Shown piece after piece: positions 18,936-26,982 of a stretch of DNA of 64,000 bases. How positions within the stretch are numbered: the stretch's first letter is position 1; each line of letters begins with the position of its first letter. The translations under genes and the position numbers were made by a program. Source of the DNA: an uncultured Desulfobacter sp. (GTDB lineage: Bacteria > Desulfobacterota > Desulfobacteria > Desulfobacterales > Desulfobacteraceae); NCBI GenBank assembly GCA_963665095.1, contig OY762069.1:4992001-5056000 (forward strand), written 5' to 3'. The notes under the pieces were generated by a model that worked only from the letters and a program-made list of their open reading frames with translations, searched no databases and was not told where the DNA came from.

Positions 18936-21900
18936 ATGTTTTCGCAGATCAAAAGAAGGATCGCATTTAAACTTGCATGCATCATTCTGTTTACGGTGAC
19001 GGCCATTGGTGCGGCAGCCATGTTTGTTATGACCAGAGACAACAAGGCAACCCTGACCGAATATTTAAATGTTTCCCTGTCAGATGCCGTCAAGTTTACA
19101 TCCCTTGCTTATTCAGAGCCTCTCTGGGTGTATAATGATGATGAAATCGCCCGCCTGAACAATATTGTTTTGCAGAACAGGTTCGTTGTTGCTGTTAATA
19201 TTTTTAATATGGAAGCATTTGTCAGTGGTGCTGAAAATCAGGCGCTGGAAACTGAACAAACTCGTCTTCTCAAGACGCCTTATAAAATATCCGGGGATAG
19301 TCAGGATATAAAAAAAATATCCGGGGATATCCTTCGCAACGGCGAAACCATTGGACGGTTTGAACTTTTTTATACAGAAACGCTGATTGATCAGGCAGTT
19401 GTTCGTTTTAACAACAAGATGCTGATCTCTTATCTTGTGACCGGTGCCATCATCGTGTGTGCCGTGCTGCTTGTTGTTATTACGACCCTGACAAAACCGA
19501 TCATTGAACTGGCCCGCATTGTCAGAGAACTGACACAGTCCAAAAATTTTTCAAAACCCATAGACAAAAAGACCCGCAAAGACGAAATCGGGATCCTGTT
19601 TAACGGGTTTGTCGATATGATCAACCAGGTGCAGGCCAAGGAGAATGAGCGTGAAGGCCTTCAGCTGGAAATGGAAAAACGGATCTCCCGGTTCAAGGAC
19701 GTCTTTCACTCTTTGGAAGAGGCCGTAGACAATGAAGAGTATTCCCACAGGATCCGTCTGGACTCCGAAGATGATGAGCTGGTTCCCTCCTTAAATAAAA
19801 TGCTTGAAACCCTTGAAAATGCAGATATTTTAACAAAAAATCAAAACTGGATCAAAAACGGGCAGGCTGAGTTAAGCAATATCATTGGGGGTGAGCAGAG
19901 CATTGTGAAACTGGCCAGCAAGGCCATTAATTTTATCGCCACATATGCAGGTGCCCATGTGGGAACCATATTTATTGAAGACGATAAATCAAAGGATTTT
20001 TATCTGGTTGCAAGCTACGCGTTCAAAGTGAGGAAGGGGTTTACAAATCGGTTTGTGCCGGGAGAAGGACTGCCGGGCCAGGCTGTGTTTGAGAAAAAAA
20101 CCATTCTGTATACCCATGTTCCTGAAGATTATATGAACATTGAGTCCTCCCTGGGCCATACCTTTCCCCATGCCATTTTCGTCATACCCCTAATCTACGA
20201 AGGAGATGTGAAGGGGGTGATTGAACTGGGGTCTCTGGAAGTATTTTCCTCCACTAAAATGGATTTTCTGGAGTCTGTGGCTGAAACACTGGCTGTTGCC
20301 ATTAATGCGGCCATGTTCAACGATCAGCTCTCCGCGCTGTTTAAACAGACCAAGGCCCAGGCAGATGAACTGCAGAAGCAGCAGCTGGAACTTAAAGCAT
20401 CCAACCAGGAGCTGGAAGAGCAGACTAAAATTTTAAGAGAGTCGGAAGAAAAGCTTCAGTCCCAGCAGGAAGAGCTTCAGGCAAGCAATGAAGAGCTTGA
20501 GGAAAAAACCGAGATGCTTGAAGCCCAGAAGGCTGAGATCGAAAAGAAAAACGATATCCTTGTGCAGAAGCAAAAGGAGATTGAGGAAAAGGCCGAGCAG
20601 TTAAAAATTGAGACAAAATATAAATCCGAGTTCCTTGCCAACATGTCCCATGAGTTGAGAACGCCTTTAAACAGTCTGTTGATCCTTGCCAATATGCTGG
20701 CGGAAAATGAAGAACAGAATCTGAACGAAGATCAGATTGAAAGCGCGGCTTCCATCTACAGAAGCGGCCAGAACCTGCTGCACCTTATCAATGATATCCT
20801 TGACCTGTCCAAGATTGAGGCCAAAAAGATTGAACTCAGCCTTTCCAGGATTGAGCTCAGTGAACTGGGAAAAAATTTCAGGACAGAATTTCTGCACATG
20901 GCAAAGGAGAAAAATCTTGATTTTATCGTGACAGCTGAAGAGAATCTGCCTGAATCAATAATTACCGATATTCACCGGCTTGAGCAGATTATCAGAAACC
21001 TGATCGGCAATGCCATGAAGTTTACCGAGCAGGGGGCCATCACCCTGAATTTCAGCCGGCCTGATCCGGCCTTTAAATTCTCCAGGGATGATCTTGTCCA
21101 TGAAACGTGTGTTGCTGTCTCTGTAAGTGATACTGGAGAGGGGATTCCTGAGGATAAAATCAAGCTTATTTTTGAGGCGTTCAAACAGGTGGACGGATCC
21201 ATCAGCCGCAGACACGGCGGTACCGGACTTGGCCTGTCCATTTCCAAAGAGCTTGCCGCCCTCCTTGGCGGAGAGCTTCGTGCCACCAGTGTGTACGGCC
21301 AGGGCTCTACCTTTACCATCTATATCCCTGAGCAGCTTGAAGGTGAGCTATCCCCTGAGTCCAGTGCCCCGGCACCCCGGCGGCCTGTGCCTGTAAAAAA
21401 AGCCCCGCCTGTTTTCAAGGAACCGTCACAGGTACCGGAAACACCATCCGGGAGCGACCAGGTACAGGATTCTTCGGCAAAAGCACCGGATTCCGCCCGG
21501 AAAAAGAAGATGGTTTTAATTATTGAGGATGATCCTGAGTTCTCCAGTGTGCTTGAAAGCTATTTTACAAAGAATGAATATACGCCGCTGCTTGCACAGG
21601 ACGGGGAAACAGGTATTAAAATGGCTGTTGAACAGAGACCTGCCGCCATTATCCTTGATATCGGCCTGCCCGGCATTGACGGATGGACTGTTCTAAGTGA
21701 ACTGAAAAAAAATACAGAGACCCGGCATATCCCTGTCCACATTATGAGCGGGTTTGACGCGCATAACCAGGGTATTAAAAATGGTGCCGTGGGGTATCTG
21801 ACCAAGCCTGTTTCCCAGGAGGGGCTGAATCAGGCGTTGGAAAAAATTGAAAGCGTGCTTTCAGGCGATGTGAAAAATTTATTAATTGTTGAAGATGATG

Positions 21901-22673
21901 GAGACCTTCTGCTGTCTGTCATCAAGCTGATGGAGACCCATAATATAAAGACAGTAGCCGCAAAAACAGGCGAGGAGGCCTTGAGCCTGCTTAAGTCAGA
22001 CCGGTTTGAATGTATGATCCTTGACATCGGCCTGCCCGATATCACCGGATTTGAACTGCTGGACAGAATCGAGGCAGATCCCGACATGGAAATGATGCCT
22101 GTGATTGTCTTCACAGGCCGGGAATTGACAACCGAAGAAGCCCATGAGCTTGAAAAGTATTCCTCAAGCATTGTGCTGAAAAATGATGTTTCCATGGAAC
22201 GGCTCCTTGATGAAACCGCCCTGTTTATTCATCGGGTGGAAAGCGATATACCGGAGGCCCGCGAGCCGGCCAACGGTAATGAGCAGGCCCCTGAAGGCTC
22301 CCTTGAGGGGAAAAAGGTGATGGTGGTGGACGATGACATGAGAAATGCCTTTGCCCTGAATAAATTTCTCAAATCAAAAGGTATGGAAGTATCCATTGCC
22401 AACAACGGAGAAAAAGCGTTGGCGCTTCTTGATAATGAGGCCCCGCCGGATATCGTTTTGATGGACATCATGATGCCGGTGATGGACGGGTATGAGGCAA
22501 TCAAGCGGATCCGGGCCCAGGAACGCTTTAACAACATGCCTGTCCTTGCTCTGACAGCAAAGGCTATGGCCTCTGACCGGGATGAGTGCATTAAATGCGG
22601 GGCCAATGATTATCTGTCAAAACCCCTTGATACGACAAAATTATTGACCATGCTCAGGGTATGGCTGTATTGA
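18936..22673 (+). CDS. Hybrid sensor histidine kinase: 2TM-periplasmic sensor, HAMP, GAF, coiled coil, HisKA, HATPase, 3x REC
   Basis: FLANMSHELRTPLN, NLIGNAMKFT, DTGEGI, GGTGLGL and three receiver domains (IIEDD, IVEDD, VVDDD, each with an Asp and a Lys). Confidence 0.95.
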   Translation: MFSQIKRRIAFKLACIILFTVTAIGAAAMFVMTRDNKATLTEYLNVSLSDAVKFTSLAYSEPLWVYNDDEIARLNNIVLQNRFVVAVNIFNMEAFVSGAENQALETEQTRLLKTPYKISGDSQDIKKISGDILRNGETIGRFELFYTETLIDQAVVRFNNKMLISYLVTGAIIVCAVLLVVITTLTKPIIELARIVRELTQSKNFSKPIDKKTRKDEIGILFNGFVDMINQVQAKENEREGLQLEMEKRISRFKDVFHSLEEAVDNEEYSHRIRLDSEDDELVPSLNKMLETLENADILTKNQNWIKNGQAELSNIIGGEQSIVKLASKAINFIATYAGAHVGTIFIEDDKSKDFYLVASYAFKVRKGFTNRFVPGEGLPGQAVFEKKTILYTHVPEDYMNIESSLGHTFPHAIFVIPLIYEGDVKGVIELGSLEVFSSTKMDFLESVAETLAVAINAAMFNDQLSALFKQTKAQADELQKQQLELKASNQELEEQTKILRESEEKLQSQQEELQASNEELEEKTEMLEAQKAEIEKKNDILVQKQKEIEEKAEQLKIETKYKSEFLANMSHELRTPLNSLLILANMLAENEEQNLNEDQIESAASIYRSGQNLLHLINDILDLSKIEAKKIELSLSRIELSELGKNFRTEFLHMAKEKNLDFIVTAEENLPESIITDIHRLEQIIRNLIGNAMKFTEQGAITLNFSRPDPAFKFSRDDLVHETCVAVSVSDTGEGIPEDKIKLIFEAFKQVDGSISRRHGGTGLGLSISKELAALLGGELRATSVYGQGSTFTIYIPEQLEGELSPESSAPAPRRPVPVKKAPPVFKEPSQVPETPSGSDQVQDSSAKAPDSARKKKMVLIIEDDPEFSSVLESYFTKNEYTPLLAQDGETGIKMAVEQRPAAIILDIGLPGIDGWTVLSELKKNTETRHIPVHIMSGFDAHNQGIKNGAVGYLTKPVSQEGLNQALEKIESVLSGDVKNLLIVEDDGDLLLSVIKLMETHNIKTVAAKTGEEALSLLKSDRFECMILDIGLPDITGFELLDRIEADPDMEMMPVIVFTGRELTTEEAHELEKYSSSIVLKNDVSMERLLDETALFIHRVESDIPEAREPANGNEQAPEGSLEGKKVMVVDDDMRNAFALNKFLKSKGMEVSIANNGEKALALLDNEAPPDIVLMDIMMPVMDGYEAIKRIRAQERFNNMPVLALTAKAMASDRDECIKCGANDYLSKPLDTTKLLTMLRVWLY

Positions 22674-22735
22674 CCATAAAGATGATAAGGACATATTGTA
22701 CATAATGACTGCGTTGATATTCCATACCGATTGCC

Positions 22736-23575
22736 ATGACTGATGAAGAAATTGAAATCGCATTACTGATAAAGGCGATACATTTAAAATATGGTTACGA
22801 TTTTTCAAATTACGCGGAAGCCTCGCTTACAAGGCGGATAAAAAAAAACCTTCAGGAAACAGGTGCCCGACGGATTATGGACATGATACCTAAAATTATT
22901 GATGATCCTCAATACTTTAAGGACTTTCTTGTCAATATGTCCGTCAACGTCACGGAGATGTTTCGTAATCCTTTGTTTTATGCATCCATCAGAGAGAAAG
23001 TAGTGCCGTATCTTAAGACCTATCCGTTTATCAAGATCTGGTCAGCCGGCACATCAACCGGCCTTGAGGCATACTCCCTGGCGATCCTGCTCAAAGAGGA
23101 AGGCCTGTATGACAATTCAACCATCTATGCCACGGACTTTGATGATGATGTACTGGCCATTGCCCAGAAAGGTATTTATTCGGCAGCCATGATGAAGGAG
23201 AGTACCAGAAACTACCAGAAGGGAGGGGGCAGGGAGTCCTTTGCCAGATATTTTCATGCCGATTATGATTCTGTTATTTTTAAGGCATCATTAAAGCAGA
23301 ATATTGTTTTTGCCAACCATAACCTGGTCACGGACGGGGTGTTTGGTGAGATGAACCTTATTTTTTGCCGGAACGTACTCATTTATTTTAACAAGGTACT
23401 TCAGGACAGGGTGCTTCAGTTATTTTACGACAGCCTGAGAAACAACGGATTTCTATGCCTTGGGGAAAAGGAAACCGTTGAATTCTCACCCCTTACCGGC
23501 GCTTTTACGCCCATTGACCGGAAAAGGAAAATATACCAGAAAAAATATCGGATTCCGGCAAGGTCGGTCCAATGA
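22736..23575 (+). CDS. cheR: CheR-type protein-glutamate O-methyltransferase
   Basis: YGYDFS.Y...SL.RRI, VTEMFR.P, W.AG.STG.E.YS, HNLV.D and CRNVLIYF. Confidence 0.92.
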   Translation: MTDEEIEIALLIKAIHLKYGYDFSNYAEASLTRRIKKNLQETGARRIMDMIPKIIDDPQYFKDFLVNMSVNVTEMFRNPLFYASIREKVVPYLKTYPFIKIWSAGTSTGLEAYSLAILLKEEGLYDNSTIYATDFDDDVLAIAQKGIYSAAMMKESTRNYQKGGGRESFARYFHADYDSVIFKASLKQNIVFANHNLVTDGVFGEMNLIFCRNVLIYFNKVLQDRVLQLFYDSLRNNGFLCLGEKETVEFSPLTGAFTPIDRKRKIYQKKYRIPARSVQ

Positions 23576-24159
23576 AACCCACTTCTAAAGCCATTGTTAT
23601 CGGGGTTTCGGCAGGCGGTTTTAAAGCCCTTCATCTCCTGCTGCCTTTATTTGGGAAAGATATTGGTATCCCCATCATGGTTGTTCAGCACCGGGGGACA
23701 GACGACGACGCCTGGCTGGCTGCCTCCCTGAATAAAAAATGCAGCCTTAAGGTCAAAGAGGCCATGGACAAGGAACCGGTTGTCCCCGGCACCATTTATC
23801 TGGCCCCTTCAGGCTATCACCTGCTGGTGGAAAAGGACTTTTCCCTGGCATTGTCAGTGGATGAACCGGTCTGCTACTCACGGCCATCCATTGATGTTTT
23901 GTTTGAGTCCGCAGCTGAGGCCTATGGCCTTGATTTGATCGGAATTGTTCTTACAGGCGCAAATTCTGACGGAAGTGACGGCATTATCGCCATAAAGGCC
24001 AAGGGCGGCTATACCATTGCCCAGGATCCTGCTACGGCTGAAGTGGATTATATGCCCAGAGCAGCCATCAAAACCAATGCGGTTGATACGGTGCTGGCGT
24101 TGGAGAAAATTCCGCCGTTTGTAGAAAAATTACTGGAGGTCACCCATGGAAGAGACTGA
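23572..24159 (+). CDS. cheB: CheB-type methylesterase (catalytic domain only, no REC)
   Basis: Ser-His-Asp triad motifs G.SAGG, VQH and LTGANSDG; RPSIDVLFES. Confidence 0.92.
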   Translation: MKPTSKAIVIGVSAGGFKALHLLLPLFGKDIGIPIMVVQHRGTDDDAWLAASLNKKCSLKVKEAMDKEPVVPGTIYLAPSGYHLLVEKDFSLALSVDEPVCYSRPSIDVLFESAAEAYGLDLIGIVLTGANSDGSDGIIAIKAKGGYTIAQDPATAEVDYMPRAAIKTNAVDTVLALEKIPPFVEKLLEVTHGRD

Positions 24160-25858
24160 CTATCGCCCCTCCATCCCCATCGTGGATGATGCACAGGCGC
24201 ATGCCGAAATGCCCAAGGAAGGCTCACCGCCTAAAATTCTCATTGTGGATGATGTCCCGGAAAACCTCTTTGTCCTGCAGAAAATTTTGAAAAAACTGGA
24301 CTGTGAAGTGATCAAGGCAAGTTCCGGCAATGAAGCCCTGACCCATATCCTTGATCACGAGTTTGCCCTGATCATTCTTGATGTCCAGATGCCTGAGATG
24401 GACGGGTATGAAGTGGCGGATATCCTTCAATCCGATGATAAGACCGGGAATATCCCCATTATTTTTGTCACGGCTATTGACCGGGATGACGCCAAGGAGA
24501 TGAAGGGATACGGTACCGGGGCTGTGGATTTTATCTTCAAGCCGCTGAATGAATTCATCCTGGTCAGCAAGGTAAAGGTTTTTCTTGAATCCCATAAAAT
24601 TAAAAGCGGGCTCGAAGATATTGTGGCCCAGCGCACCTATGCCTTAAGTAAAAGCAATCAGGATCTCAAGGACCAGATTGAAAAGAATATCAAATTTGCC
24701 AACGACTTGGAAAAGGCCCGGTCCTACCTTGCCAATGTCATTAATTCAATCTCCTCTTCTCTGATCAGTGTGGATGAACAATGCAATATCATAGACCTTA
24801 ACGAAGCCGCGTATACTGTCTGCGGCCTTGAAAAAGCAGAGGTCCAGGGAAAACCGCTGGCAGAGGTGTTTCCTTTTTACGGCGAGCTTGCCGCAGATGT
24901 CTCCAGTGCCATTACCTCGGACAGTCCCATTGAAAAAAACCGCACCACCATCTACATCGCAGGAAAACTGCACATCAATAATTTTGCCATTTACCCGCTT
25001 AAGTTCAGCAAAATTAAAGGCGCGGTCATCCGGGTGGACGATGTGACGGAACGGGCCAAAATTGATGACATGGTAATCCAGACGGAAAAGATGCTTTCCA
25101 TCGGTGATCTGGCCACCGGCATGGCCACTGAGATTAATACGCCTTTGGCCGGTATCATTCAGAATGTTCAGGTGATCAATAACCGGCTGAACAATAAACT
25201 GCCTGCAAACGAGCGGGCGGCCGAGGAGAGCGGCACCTCCTTTGAGGCCATACAGAAGTACATGGAAAACCGCGGTATTCTGCGCATGATGGATGCCGTG
25301 CTTGAGTCCGGGAAACGGGCTACGCAGATCGTTGACAATATGATCAGTTTCAGCCGGAAAAGTGAGGGCTCCGGCGAAAAAGAGGATCTGGCAGATATCA
25401 TTGATAAAACCATTGAGCTTGCCTACAGTGACTACAACCTGACCCATACTTGCGATTTCAAGGCCATTGAGATTGAAAAGAGTTACCAGGAGGATATGCC
25501 CCATGTGCTGTGCCAGACCAACAAGATGCAGCAGGTGGTGCTCAATATTTTGAAAAATGCAGCCCAGGCCATGGCGGAGAAAACCGATTACGGTGATGAA
25601 AAAAAGCGGCTTGTTGTCAGGCTTGAGACCACATCTGACAACTATGCGGCCATTACCATCCAGGATAACGGTCCGGGTATGGAAGCCGATGTCGCCAAAA
25701 AGATATTTGAACCTTTTTTTACAACGAAAAAGGTCGGTGCCGGTCTTGGACTGGCTATCTCCTATTATATTATCAGCGATGATCACAATGGCCTTCTGGA
25801 TGTTGAAACCGAGCCTGGTAAAGGGGCTGCCCTGATTATCAAGCTGCCATTGACTTAG
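24146..25858 (+). CDS. REC-PAS-HisKA-like-HATPase protein; phosphoacceptor His replaced by Thr
   Basis: REC (IVDD, LDVQMP, FKP), PAS-like segment, H-box GMATEINTPL, N-box NILKNA, DNGPG, FEPFFTTK and GLGL. Confidence 0.88.
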   Translation: MEETDYRPSIPIVDDAQAHAEMPKEGSPPKILIVDDVPENLFVLQKILKKLDCEVIKASSGNEALTHILDHEFALIILDVQMPEMDGYEVADILQSDDKTGNIPIIFVTAIDRDDAKEMKGYGTGAVDFIFKPLNEFILVSKVKVFLESHKIKSGLEDIVAQRTYALSKSNQDLKDQIEKNIKFANDLEKARSYLANVINSISSSLISVDEQCNIIDLNEAAYTVCGLEKAEVQGKPLAEVFPFYGELAADVSSAITSDSPIEKNRTTIYIAGKLHINNFAIYPLKFSKIKGAVIRVDDVTERAKIDDMVIQTEKMLSIGDLATGMATEINTPLAGIIQNVQVINNRLNNKLPANERAAEESGTSFEAIQKYMENRGILRMMDAVLESGKRATQIVDNMISFSRKSEGSGEKEDLADIIDKTIELAYSDYNLTHTCDFKAIEIEKSYQEDMPHVLCQTNKMQQVVLNILKNAAQAMAEKTDYGDEKKRLVVRLETTSDNYAAITIQDNGPGMEADVAKKIFEPFFTTKKVGAGLGLAISYYIISDDHNGLLDVETEPGKGAALIIKLPLT

Positions 25859-25952
25859 GCGGTCTGCCTGCTGGTTCAGATCAGCAGAATTAAAAGATGC
25901 CGAACTTCCGGGCGGGAAAACGGCCGGTATAATTCATGACAAAGGAGCTATC

Positions 25953-26942
25953 GTGAGGGGTATCAGATACATACTACCCATCGTATTGATTGCAATGGCC
26001 CTGACGGCAAATGTATCTGCCAGGGAATTTAAAAAGGTGGCTTTTCTGCGGTATCCGCTGCCTCCAATGGATTTTAACGATGTGGTGATCGGGTTTAAAA
26101 AGGTTATGGAAGATAACGGATATGTTGAGGGGAAAAATATTGAATACATTGACAGAATAACGAAGACAGATGATCTTGTATCCGTCACCGAGGTGAATGA
26201 TTTTACAGCCGCCTGGAAAGACAAGGTGGATATGTTTGTCTCCTGCGGCTGGGTTTCTATGTATTCCCGCAAGATTTTAAAGGATTCCAAAACGCCCCAG
26301 CTTTTTGTGCCTGTTCTTAAACGGGTGGCTTACCAGTTGATTCCTTCCCTGGAAGAGGGATCTGGTTCAAATATTTCAGGTGTTTACCTCTCCTATCCTG
26401 CGGAGAAGCTGCTCAAACTCCTTAAACTGGCCCTGCCTGATGCAAAAAAATACGGGCTGTGCTGGCATTCCCGGGTACCTGCAGATATGATTTTCAAACA
26501 GTCGTTTGACGAGCTGCAATCCACCATGGGGGTTAAAATCCTTTATTTTGATCTCAATGACGGGGTGGATGCGGTGATGGAACAGTTAAGCGCCTCAAAA
26601 GTAGATGCATTTGGCGGGTGTGTCAGTTTTCGCAAGCCGCGTTATTCAAAACTGTTTCATATGAATATTCCAGTGGTGTCAGCCAAGCTGGATCATGAAG
26701 ATACCGTTCAGATGATTGGCAGCAATGAACTGGTGGGATTCTGGAATGTGTTTACATCCGGCGGAGAGCAGGCAGCTGAGATGACCCTTGATATCTGGAA
26801 TGGACGTATAACCATTGAAAAATGCCTGCCCCGGCGGATTCGGACCCAGGTGATTTATGTGAATTCCGCTGCAGCCAGGCGTCTGGGAATCCGGATTCCA
26901 GCAGCGCTGATGAGAATTGCCAATGTTATTTACAACAGATAG
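25953..26942 (+). CDS. Periplasmic substrate-binding protein (ABC_sub_bind-like), probably a sensor partner
   Basis: AAGGAG RBS plus GTG, signal peptide, GF...M...GY.EGKNIEY, GSNISGV and VNSAAARRLGIRIP. Confidence 0.78.
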   Translation: MRGIRYILPIVLIAMALTANVSAREFKKVAFLRYPLPPMDFNDVVIGFKKVMEDNGYVEGKNIEYIDRITKTDDLVSVTEVNDFTAAWKDKVDMFVSCGWVSMYSRKILKDSKTPQLFVPVLKRVAYQLIPSLEEGSGSNISGVYLSYPAEKLLKLLKLALPDAKKYGLCWHSRVPADMIFKQSFDELQSTMGVKILYFDLNDGVDAVMEQLSASKVDAFGGCVSFRKPRYSKLFHMNIPVVSAKLDHEDTVQMIGSNELVGFWNVFTSGGEQAAEMTLDIWNGRITIEKCLPRRIRTQVIYVNSAAARRLGIRIPAALMRIANVIYNR

Positions 26943-26982
26943 TTGCATCGTGGCTCTATTATAACAGGATGGAGAGTTAAGG

